Part shown: positions 51,491-62,270 of the stretch, one piece after another
Position numbering within the stretch: the first letter of the stretch is position 1
Layout: each line of letters starts with the position of its first letter
Assembly (NCBI GenBank): GCA_013239625.1
Contig: MU057348.1
Span: 10,083,825 to 10,147,824, forward strand
Length of the DNA stretch: 64,000 bases
Source of the DNA: Lama guanicoe
Lineage: Eukaryota
Direction: 5' to 3'
The notes under the pieces: generated by a model
Told to the model about the DNA's origin: nothing
The model's database searches: none
The model's input: only the letters and a program-made list of their open reading frames with translations
Made by a program: the position numbers and the translations under genes

Positions 51491-53204
51491 TACCTAACAA
51501 GATTGGAGAAGAATTTTTAAGAGTGAAGTTCTCACCATGGAGCCAGGAACAAAGACTTTAGAATAGTGATGTACACTGAACTACCTATGGGAAGATACTA
51601 TTAGCAGGGTAACACTGGGGCCATCCTCAGCTGTAGAGGAATAATTCCCTGCTAAGGTGGGTATCGTACTCCACCTGAATTAGGTGACTTGCCCTTTTGG
51701 CAGCATCATTCCTCCCATGACCTCAGGGAAGCCGGTGGTGTGCTGCTTCCTCAGCAGGTGCAGAGCTCCTGTCATTTATCCTGCCCCTTAACTGCCTCCA
51801 GGAGTAGCGGTACACTCAATGTCATTCCAAGACTGGTGGATCCAGTATGATTTTGAATCTCATTAAAAACTCTTGTCTGTTTTCTTTTAATTGCACCTCA
51901 TAGGGTATGCTAATTAAAACTCTTAGAAGAACCAGATGTGGTACCTGGCACAGGCTCATGGCCCAGGAATTGGTCTAAAAATCTAATTTAATGACTAATG
52001 TTTCCCCTCATAATTTCCACACCTCAAGAGTCAAGAAAGGCAGCTTCCTAGGAAAGGAGAGAGCCTTCTAGCACCAGCAGTACCCAAATTGTGATGGTAG
52101 CACCTCGAAGACCCCACAAATGTAATGTATGTAATGAACATGGGATGGCCTTGTCCTTCCTGGTCTCCCATCAGTTTCGAGGTGACAAAAGAAGCATTTA
52201 CAACTTGAATAAAATTTATTTTGTCATTCATATTAGTTTGGTTCACAGTGATTTTCTCTCTTTCCAGGTGAAAATCTATTTCTCCACATTTGAGTTTGAT
52301 CTCCTTTTCTTTTTTTAACTACCTCATTGAGGCATAATTTTATGAGGTATAAGCTTTACTAAGATGGCACACAGTAAACTGCACGGGTTTCAGGTGTACA
52401 ATTTTGATAAGTTACGACAAATGTAAACACCCATGAAACCATCACTAAAAGTCAAGATAATGGACATATAAGCATCACACTCAAAAGTTTTCTTGTGCCC
52501 CTTTGCAACCCTCCCCTCTTGCTCCTTCTCATTGTCTCCTAACTCCCATCACAAGCACCTACTGATCTACTTTCTGTCACTGTCGATTAGTTTGCATTTT
52601 CTATGGTTTTAAATAAATGGAATCAAGTAGTATGTACTCATCTTTTGATCTGGGTTTCTGCACTCAGCAAAACTATTTAGAAATTCATTCATATTTTGCC
52701 TGTATAAACAATCCATTTTCTTTCATTGCTGAGGAGTATTCCAGTGTATGGATATACCACAGTGTGTTCATCCATTCAACTGCTGATGGGTATTTGAGTT
52801 GTTTCTGACTTTCGCCTACTACAGAAAAGCTGCTAGGAACATTGTGTACAGGTCTTCGTACGGACATAGGCTGTCACTTCTCTTGGATAAATACCTTCGG
52901 CACTGTTCGTNNNNNNNNNNNNNNNNNNNNNNNNNNNNNNNNNNNNNNNNNNNNNNNNNNNNNNNNNNNNNNNNNNNNNNNNNNNNNNNNNNNNNNNNNN
53001 NNNNNNNNNNNNNNNNNNNNNNNNNNNNNNNNNNNNNNNNNNNNNNNNNNNNNNNNNNNNNNNNNNNNNNNNNNNNNNNNNNNNNNNNNNNNNNNNNNNN
53101 NNNNNNNNNNNNNNNNNNNNNNNNNNNNNNNNNNNNNNNNNNNNNNNNNNNNNNNNNNNNNNNNNNNNNNNNNNNNNNNNNNNNNNNNNNNNNNNNNNNN
53201 NNNN

Positions 53205-53700
53205 GAAAGAAGGAGGTCCCGTCATTTATGACAACATGGATGGACCTTGAAGGCAGTATGCTAAGTGAAATAAGTCAGACAGAGAAAGATAAACACTGTA
53301 TGAGATCACTTACACGTGGAATCTGAAAAAGCCGAACTCATGGCTACAGAGAGTAGGCTGGTGGTTACCAGGGGCTGAAAGGTAAGGAAAACAGGGAGAT
53401 ATTGGTCAAAGGTACAAACTTTCAGTTGTAAGATGAATAAGTTCTGGAAATTTAATGAATAACACAGTGATTATAGTTAACAATACTGTATTATATACTT
53501 GAAAAGTTGTGATAAGAGTAAATCTTACATGCTCTCATCACACAAAAAAAAAGAATTAGTAATTATGTGTTCGCTAACGCTATGGTGATAAACATTTTGC
53601 AACGTACAAGTATATTAATCAACATGTTAAGTGTATCAAATCCACACCATAAACTTACACAATTATATGTCCATTGTATCTCAATAAAGTGAAAAACAAT
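53205..53700 (+). mobile_element. L1MA9-like 3' end nested in the older L1 (5' part hidden by N at 52911-53204)
   Basis: acaacatggatggaccttgaaggcagtatgctaagtgaaataagtcagacagagaaag...ggtcaaaggtacaaactttcagtt...tatctcaataaag. Confidence 0.88.
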
Positions 53701-54301
53701 ACAATTTTTAAAAATGGAAGAAGAAGAAACTGCCAGTCTGTTTTCCAAAGCGGTTGTACTACTTTGCATGCCCAGGAGCAATGTATGAGGGTTCCAGTTC
53801 CCTTTTTTCCTTCGTGCAGATTCATATTTTCACCTGGCATCCTTTTCCTTCTGCCTGAAGGACTTCTGTTAACACTTTTTGTGATGAAGCTCTGTCTGCT
53901 GGTGATGTATTCTTTCAACTTTTCTATGTCTGAAAGCCTTTATTTCATCTTTGTTTTAGAAAGACAGTTTTGCTCTTGACAGCTTCAGGATTTTAAGGTA
54001 TTGTTCCACTGACTTCTTGCTTACATTTTTTTCTAAAGAATTTGCTGCCATCCTTTTTTTGTTGGGGGTGTTTTTTGTTTTGGTTTTGGTTTGGTTTTGT
54101 TTTGTTTTGTTTTGTTTTTTACTGACTGCTTTTAGGATGTTCTCAGTGTCTCTGGTTTAGAGTAATTTGATTATAATGTGCCTTACTGTGATTTTCCTCA
54201 TTATTTTTGTGCTGGGAGTTCATTGAGTTTTTGGATCTGTGAGTTTACAAGTTTTCATTAAATCTGGGCATTTTTTGGCCATCATTTCTACAAATTTTTT
54301 C

Positions 54302-54804
54302 TGTATGAGTTATTCATTGCTGTGTAACAAATAACTCCAAAATTTTGCAGCTGAAAACAATACACACTTATTATCTACGCTTTCCGTGGGTCAGGACTCT
54401 AGGGATGGCTTAGTTGGATGCCTCTAGCCGTGAAGCTCTCATGCAGTTGCAGTCAAGGGACTCTGGCAGATGTCAGAAGATCTGATTCCACGTTCACTCA
54501 TATGCTTGTTAGCAGTCTAAGTTCCCTGCCAGGCAGGCCTCTCTCCAAGGCTGCCTCATAATGTGGCATCTGGCTTCTCCAGAGAAAAGACATCTAAGAG
54601 AGTGAGAGAGAGAACTTCCAAGATAGAATCCAGAATCTTCTTGTAATCTAAGTTTGTAATTCATATCCCATCACTTCTGCCATATTTCCTTTGTAAGAAG
54701 TGAGTCAATAAATTGACCCCACACTCAATAGGTAGGGATTAAAGAAGATCAAGAATGTCAGGAGGCAAGGATCACTGGGGGCCATCCTAGAGGCTGCCTA
54801 CTAT
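54302..54804 (-). mobile_element. MLT1F-like solo LTR nested in L1 ORF1
   Basis: tgtatgagttattcattgctgtgtaacaaataactccaaa...ggatcactgggggccatcctagaggctgcctac. Confidence 0.85.
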
Positions 54805-56057
54805 TCCCACTTCTCCTTTGGGAATCCCAATTACACATTTATTAGGCCACTTGAAGTTGTCGCAGCTCAGTGATGTTCTGTTTTGTTTGTTTTTTAATTC
54901 ACTTTTCTCTCTGTACTTCATTTTGGATCACTTCTCTTGCTCTGTCTTCATGTTTACAAATCTCTTCTTCTAAGATGTCCAATCAGCCATTAATGCAATC
55001 CAGTGCATTTTTCATCTTGGACATTGCACTTTTCATCTTTAAAGATTCAATTTGGGTCTTTATTATATCTTCTATATCTCTACCTAACTTTTCAAACATA
55101 GAGAATAGAGTTCTGTTAACAGTTTTCATGTCCTTTGCTGCTAATTCTAACATCTGTGTCAATTCTGGGTCAGTTCTGATTGGCTGCTTTTTCTCCTCAT
55201 GGTTTCCCACTTCTTGGTACTTTTTTATTACGTACTACACATTGTGAATTTTACCTGGTTGGATCCTGGAATTTTTGTATTTCTATAAACATTTTTAGCT
55301 TGTTTGGTGACAGAGTTAAGCTACTTGAAAAGAGTTTGATCCTTTTGGATATGTTTTTAAGATTTGTTAGGTGGTAACAGAGCAGTGTTCAGTGTTCAAT
55401 AATTAAGGCTAATTCCTCCCTAATACTGAGGCAAGACTCATCTGTGCATGTCACTCTGTTTCCCATAAATCGTGATGATGTTCAGTCTAAAATGTAAGAA
55501 TAAGTGTTATTTCTGGCCTTATATGGGAGCTGAACATTGTCCCCTCTTACCCTCCTGGGTGGTTCTTCCTCTGGCCTCCAGTAGTTCCTCACGTGCCTGA
55601 ACTTATCAGCTGAACACTTACTAAAGGGAGCATCCTTGCTGGGGTTTTCTCTCTGTGGGTCTCTCCCTCCTCTCTAGTGATCTGCTCTGAGAGCTGCAGC
55701 TGCCTTGGTCTCCTCCACGTCTCAGCTCTATCACCTCAATGCAGAGTGTTCTCTGGATTTCTCTTCCCTGCACCACGGCCTGTAAATTATCTCAAAGCAG
55801 TGAGCTGGAATGACTACAGGACTCAGTTTTTTATACTGTCTCAGACAGATCACTATCCTTTGTTGTCTGATATCCAGTATCTTGAACACCATTGCTTCAC
55901 ATACTTTTTAGGGTTTTGGTTGTTTCAAGAGAGAGAGTCATTGTGGTCCCTGTTACTCCATCTTGGTGGAAGCAGAAGTCTGGTCTCCAGGCCAAACATG
56001 TCGAGTGGACATCAGCAACCTTGCTGAAGCAGCATGCCAATGTTTAGTCTCTCCTTT

Positions 56058-56483
56058 CTTTCTTTTTTCTTCCTTTCTTCCTTCCTTCCTTCCTTCCTTC
56101 CTTCTTTCCTTCCTCCCTTCCTTCCTTCCTTTCTTTAAAATGTATTTTTATTGAAGTATAGTCAGTTTACAATGTTGTGTCAATCACTGGTGTACAGCAC
56201 AATACTTCAGTCATATAGGAACATACATATATTTGTTTTCATATTCTTTTGCACCATAAGTTACTACAAGATATTGAATATAGTTCCCTGTGCTATACAG
56301 TATGAACTTGTTGTTTATCGGATTCTGTGAGAATCCTCCTGCATCTCCAAAAGGAGAGACGCTCTGCCAGAGCCCAGCAGGAGCCCTGCGTGACCCAGCG
56401 GGTCCATAGGTGCAACTCTTGGTGCACCTGTGGGAGAGAGAGAGCCGTGGGTCTCTCCACTCCGCCATCTTGGCCCAACACCC
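56058..56483 (-). mobile_element. Bipartite mini-L1: 5'UTR start (56483-56319) fused to the distal 3'UTR (56318-~56140) and a (GGAA)n-decayed tail
   Basis: Minus strand: gggtgttgggccaagatggcggag (YY1 motif typical of an L1 5' end)...cacagaatccg|ataaacaacaagttcatactgtatagcacaggg...cttcaataaaaa. TSD tagtctctccttt (56045-56057) and taccctctccttt (56484-56496). Confidence 0.85.
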
Positions 56484-56639
56484 TACCCTCTCCTTTATAG
56501 TGGATAGGGATCAAGGAGAAACCCTGGTGTGTATGGAGACAGGTCAGGGGAGAAGGAAAGGAAGGATAATTTACTTCTTTTCCACGTTTAGAAGCTGCTT
56601 TTCACAACCCCATCCACATATGATTTCTCTAAAACCCAT

Positions 56640-57200
56640 CTCATGCTGTCGTGGGTTTTTGTCATAGGCTGTCCATCCACGGTTTTAAGGCCCGCAGATG
56701 TTCAGATCTTTTGCTGACAACCTGGCACCAAGTTAAGGCCAGTCTCCGGCTACAAGTATCTTAGAAGATAATCTTCCTTGGTTCATGTCTGTGAGGTTAA
56801 ATTAAGAAGCTGATTCATCTCTAGCAGTTAACACTGAACCATTTGGTGCTGTCCTCCAATGGCCAATAATATGTCAGCAGCGTCTCCGTATAAATTCTAT
56901 CTGCTGCCTGTGAAAAGAATACCGATTAGCTTGACTGTACAAGAATCTAATTAGCATTCCCTCTTCTCATCTAATTTTTTAAATGTAATTTCGTTAATGT
57001 GAATTTTAATAGTGATTTATGGTAACGGCATCCCTTTACCTTCTCATGTAACGAAGTAACTTCTTTTTTGAGGTCAAAGTCCCGCCAGAGCTGCCTTGCG
57101 CATAATTCTCATTCTTTTCCATTTCCTGTTACAATATTTTTGTAATATTTTTTAATCTTCCACTTTTAATCATACTTAACTGCACCCCATTCTCAGGCTG
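56640..57200. promoter_or_regulatory. Candidate conserved non-coding enhancer
   Basis: Repeat-free, CpG-retaining, with TAAT clusters, tgatttatgg (PBX-HOX-like) and gaggtcaaagtcc (DR1/HNF4-like). Motif inference only. Confidence 0.4.
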
Positions 57201-57719
57201 CTTAGTGCACTCAGTGTCAGACTTCAGAAAGCACATGTTTCCTGGAAAGGCTGTTCTTCATTAGCCAGGGAGAACAGGAAATGTTCATGTCAATGCTCTG
57301 AGAACCATTGTCTCCTATGGCCAGAGGAAGTGGGTTCACACCAAGTTATGTAACCCAGAGGGTTCAACGAATGCTTTAGCCAGGGCAGGGGGACAGTATC
57401 GGCCGAAAAGCAGCGTGGCCACTTCTGAAGGGGGGAAAAGAGCCTTGATAAGCACATCTGATTAAATATTTTTTCTGCTCTGGAATTTGTTATGAACCTG
57501 ACATTTGTCTTAGTAATACACTGCTTTCCACAATCTGCATAGATAAGCACCAAATAATTACCAGAAAAATAATGCTGCAGTGTGGGAAGTGGCACCATCC
57601 CAATCCGAAGGAGCCAACATGCATTCCCAAGCTTTTACTGGAGAATTGCTACAGCAGGGAGGAGAAACAGATGTGACAGCCTTGAAGCGAGAGAAGCTTC
57701 TTGGAGCTCCAGGAATTTG

Positions 57720-57980
57720 AGGCAGTCAAGATTGTTGTGGTTAAGAGCACGAGTTCTAGGGCATGACTCTCTGGGTTTAAACCTCAGTCCTGCTACTTCC
57801 TTGCTGTGCGAACCTGGGAAATTTACTTAAAATCTCTGTGTCTCAATTTTGCCTTCTGTAAGATGGGGATATAATAGTATCTACCTCATAGAATTGCTGT
57901 CCTGTGACAACTCAATTAAAATAAGTTAATATATGGAAGCAAACCAGTGTCTGACATACTACAGTGTTAGCTGCTATTTT
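57720..57980 (+). mobile_element. MIR SINE
   Basis: gtggttaagagcacgagttctagg...ctgggtttaaacc...ctgtaagatggggatataatagtatctacctcatag. Confidence 0.88.
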
Positions 57981-60800
57981 TCTTTTTCTTATTGAGATAT
58001 ATTTGACGTATCACATTGTGCAAATTTAAAGCAGACAATGTATTGACTTGATACATTCATATATTGTATAGGCATACCTCAGAGATAGTTTTGATTTGGT
58101 TCCAGACCATGGCAATAAAGCAAATATCTCAATAAAGTGGGACACTAGAATTTCTTTGGTTTCTCAGTGCATATAAAAGTTATGTCTATGAAGTATGCTA
58201 TAGCATTATGTCTAAACACAATGTATACACCTTAATTTAAAAATACTTTGTTGCTAAAAATGCTAAAAAAAAATCTCAGCCTTCAACAAGCTATAATCAT
58301 CTTGCTAGTCAAGGGTCTTGCCTTGATGTTGGTGGCTGACTGATTGGGGTGGTTGTTGCTAAAGTTTGTGGCGGCTGTGGCAACTTCTTAAAAGAAGACA
58401 ACAATGAAGTTTGCCACATTGATTGACAAGTCCTTTCACAATTTCTCCACAGCATGCCATGCTGTTTGACAGCATCTTACCCACAGTAGAGCTTCTTTCA
58501 AAACTGGAGTCAATCTTCTCAAACCCCGTTGCTGCTTTACTGACTAAGGTTGCATAATATTCTAAATCCTTTGTTGTCATTTTAACAACCTTCACAGCGT
58601 TTTCACCAGGAGTGGATTCTATTTCAAGAAACCACCTTCTTTGTTCGTCTGTAAGAAGCAGCTNNNNNNNNNNNNNNNNNNNNNNNNNNNNNNNNNNNNN
58701 NNNNNNNNNNNNNNNNNNNNNNNNNNNNNNNNNNNNNNNNNNNNNNNNNNNNNNNNNNNNNNNNNNNNNNNNNNNNNNNNNNNNNNNNNNNNNNNNNNNN
58801 NNNNNNNNNNNNNNNNNNNNNNNNNNNNNNNNNNNNNNNNNNNNNNNNNNNNNNNNNNNNCTTCCCATGAATCATGAGTGTCCTCAGTGGCATCTGGAAT
58901 GGCAACTCCTTTGCAGAAGGTTTTCAGTTGATGTTGCCCAGATCCATCAGAGGAATCACAACCTGTGGCAGCTGTAGCCTTATGAATGGTATTTCTTAAA
59001 TTAAACCCGGAAATCTAAATTACTCCTTGGTCTGTGGGATGCAGAGTGGATGCTGTGTTAGCAGCACGAAAACAGCACAGATCTCGTTGTCCATCTCCAC
59101 CAGAGCTCTCAGTGACCAGGTGCCCTGTCCATGAGCAGTAATATTTTGAGAGGAATCTTCTTCTCTGAGCAGTAAGTCACAACAGTGGGCTTAAAATATT
59201 CAGTAAACCATGTTGTCAACAGATGTGCTGTCATTCAGGCTTTATTGCTCTATCTACAGACCACAGGCAGAACAGATTCAGCATAATTCTTAAGGGCCCT
59301 AGGATTTCTGGAATGGTAGGTAAATGAGCNNNNNNNNNNNNNNNNNNNNNNNNNNNNNNNNNNNNNNNNNNNNNNNNNNNNNNNNNNNNNNNNNNNNNNN
59401 NNNNNNNNNNNNNNNNNNNNNNNNNNNNNNNNNNNNNNNNNNNNNNNNNNNNNNNNNNNNNAAGGCTGTTTTGGCTACATTGAAAATCTGTTGTGTAGCG
59501 TAGTCACCTGCAGTAATGAGCTCAGCTAGATCTTCTGGAAACCNNNNNNNNNNNNNNNNNNNNNNNNNNNNNNNNNNNNNNNNNNNNNNNNNNNNNNNNN
59601 NNNNNNNNNNNNNNNNNNNNNNNNNNNNNNNNNNNNNNNNNNNNNNNNNNNNNNNNNNNNNNNNNNNNNNNNNNNNNNNNNNNNNNNNNNNNNNNNNNNN
59701 NNNNNNNNNNNNNNNNNTGCTTAAGNNNNNNNNNNNNNNNNNNNNNNNNNNNNNNNNNNNNNNNNNNNNNNNNNNNNNNNNNNNNNNNNNNNNNNNNNNN
59801 NNNNNNNNNNNNNNNNNNNNNNNNNNNNNNNNNNNNNNNNNNNNNNNNNNNNNNNNNNNNNNNNNNNNNNNNNNNNNNNNNNNNNNNNNNNNNNNNNNNN
59901 NNNNNNNNNNNNNNNNNNNNNNNNNNNNNNNNNNNNNNNNNNNNNNNNNNNNNNNNNNNNNNNNNNNNNNNNNNNNNNNNNNNNNNNNNNNNNNNNNNNN
60001 NNNNNNNNNNNNNNNNNNNNNNNNNNNNNNNNNNNNNNNNNNNNNNNNNNNNNNNNNNNNNNNNNNNNNNNNNNNNNNNNNNNNNNNNNNNNNNNNNNNN
60101 GGGGAGCAGTCAGAACACACACGACATTTATGGATAAAGTTTGCTGTCTCATATGGGCACAGTTGTGGTGCCTACCAAGAATTGCAATAGTAACATCAAA
60201 GATCACTGATCACAGGCCACCATAATTAATATAATAATAAAGAAAAAGTGTGAAATATTATGAGAATTACTGAAATGTGACATGAAGTAAGCTGGTGCTG
60301 TCTGGAGAATGGCGCTGATAGACTTGCTTGGTGCAGGGTTGCCACAAGCCTTAAATTTGAAAAAAAAAAAAAGCAAAAAACCAGTATCTGTGTGCAATAA
60401 AATGAGCAGAATAAAATGAGCTATGCCTGTAACACAACTGCCACTGTAGCAGCTGTTAAGCACCCCTATTGCATGGCATTAATTATCCTTTCTTTTTTGT
60501 GGTGAGAATTGTCAAGATCTAGTCTGTTAGCAAGTTTTATGACTATTATGTGACACTATTGTCTATATTCACTATCCTTTGCATTGCATTAATCTCTAGG
60601 ACTTATCTGTCTGCCAGTTGCAAGTTTATGCCCTTAAACATCTCTCCTATTTCCTCTTTCCTCACCCCCTAGCTCCTAGTAACCACTATTTTTCTCTCTG
60701 TCTTCACAAGTTTGACATTTTTAGATTTCACATGTAAGTGATCTACAGTATTTGCCTTTCTGTGTCTGACTTATCTCACTTAGCACAATGTCCTCAAGAT
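57980..60800 (-). mobile_element. L1MA9-like 3' end (57980-58066 and 60432-60800) split by Tigger1
   Basis: ttattgagatatatttgacgtatcacattgtg...catatattg continues after the transposon as ...ttcttttttgtggtgagaa...tgacttatctcacttagcacaatgtcctcaag. Confidence 0.82.
58069..60429 (-). mobile_element. Tigger1 (TcMar-pogo) near full-length fossil, ~2.36 kb, with TA target duplication
   Basis: TIRs (t)aggcatacctc and gagctatgcctg, TA on both sides. Degenerate transposase: [23 protein letters not shown]...[14 protein letters not shown] and FPEDLAELITAGDYATQQIFNVAKTA (the NVDET motif has decayed). Confidence 0.95.
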
Positions 60801-60829
60801 CTTCTTGAGAAATTTAACCAGGGCTTAGC

Positions 60830-61305
60830 TCTGTGCTGTTCAATATGGTAGCCACTAGGCACACATAACTATTAAGCACTTCACATGGGCCTAAAGGGAC
60901 AGAATAATTGAATTTTAAATTTTAAAATTTAAATTCATTTTTAATAAATTTTAATTTAAACTGATGCTTGACTCAGTTATTAGAATAATTTTAAGTATGC
61001 TTGGAACAATTTGGTTATGTGAATTTACTCTTTAACGTGTAAACGTTATGAACTCTAAATATAGATCAAGTATTTCTGATAAAAATTTGGTGGTCAGATT
61101 TTGAAGACAAAGTATANNNNNNNNNNNNNNNNNNNNNNNNNNNNNNNNNNNNNNNNNNNNNNNNNNNNNNNNNNNNNNNNNNNNNNNNNNNNNNNNNNNN
61201 NNNNNNNNNNNNNNNNNNNNNNNNNNNNNNNNNNNNNNNNNNNNNNNNNNNNNNNNNNNNNNNNNNNAAATGATGTATGTAGCCCACGTCAGACTGAACA
61301 GGGCT
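60830..61305 (+). mobile_element. Charlie1b/MER33-related hAT element with a transposase C-terminal remnant
   Basis: ctgtgctgttcaatatggtagccactag start. ~60997-61090 translates MLGTIWLCEFTL*RVNVMNSKYRSSISDKNL, resembling the hAT dimerisation domain. Confidence 0.8.
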
Positions 61306-62039
61306 GGGCTGGATTATGAGGGAGGGTATTTGCTCTGCTGAAATGTTTGGGCTTTACCTGAAAGCAGTGGGAAGAAATAGGGTCCAACTGACATATTCCA
61401 TATTTACCTATCAAAAAATGTATGCTGCCAGCTGTGTGGGAAATGAATTTGATGGAAATAAAACCAGAGCTCTGGGGATCAATCAGCTGCAGAAATGTCG
61501 GCAAGAGAAAACCATGGTGTGAACTGTAGATGGCAGTGTGGGTGGAGGATGTGGGTATATTAAACAGGTAGACGCCCTCAGTTAGACTGGGTGAGGGGTG
61601 TCCAAGTTGCCTCTAGGGTATGTGGGCTGGGGAACCAGATAGATTCTCTGGGACAGAGCCTAAAGGATGAGGAATAGAACTTAATTTACTTGTCAGACGA
61701 AATTCCTTTAACAAAACTACCCCTGAATCCATCAGCTCATTTAATCAGATGACACAGCCAAAATATTGCCTTTAGGAACTATTGGCTCTCCTTTTCTTTC
61801 CCAAACCTGCTCCTAAATGAAGAAGCACAAAAATAAGTCCTGTAACTCTCTCTCTCTCTCCCTCTTCTTTAAACAACAACAACAACAAACAAACCAGATA
61901 TATTTCAATATCACCCATTTGCTGAACATAGTTAACAGTCCCCACTTTGTACTCAAAAAGCTGCCAGAAAGCAAAGGAAATATTTTTAAAAAGAGCATGA
62001 AAGAGAAGGCCTTCCCCTAAGGGAAGAAGTGCAGTTCCA

Positions 62040-62270
62040 AGGAAAGAACAGAGGCTTGGGATCCAGATACACCTGCCCTCGGTCCTAGTTCTGCTCCTTG
62101 GTGGTTCTAAGTCCTGAAACACGAAAGACGCGCTATCAGCATCTGTTGAACAGATGAAGTCTACTTTACTCTTCCGAGCCTCAGTTTCCTGATCTGTATA
62201 AACGAGGCAATTGTTTTCACTGTGAAGAGCTGTTTTGCGGAGGAGATCACCTTGCACATAGAGGGTCTGC
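62040..62270 (+). mobile_element. MIR fragments
   Basis: aagaacagaggcttgggatccagatacacctg; gagcctcagtttcctgatctgtataaa. Confidence 0.6.

Larger units (their letters stand above)
52312..55980 (-). mobile_element. Ancient eutherian L1 (L1M class) with 5' end, ORF1 remnant and 3' end but lacking most of ORF2; hosts two nested insertions
   Basis: 5' start gacttctgcttccaccaagatggagtaacaggg (55980 down); ORF1-like KKQPIRTDPELTQMLELAAKDMK (54983-55210); ORF2 end QLKYPSAVEWMNTLWYIHTLEYSSAMK (52685-52867); 3'UTR at 52312-52680. Confidence 0.85.

Noticed and set aside
58359-60206. Long ORFs across Tigger1 as a TIGD1-like domesticated gene
   Set aside because: Length is inflated by N runs, the catalytic motif has decayed and the visible segments contain stops and frameshifts.
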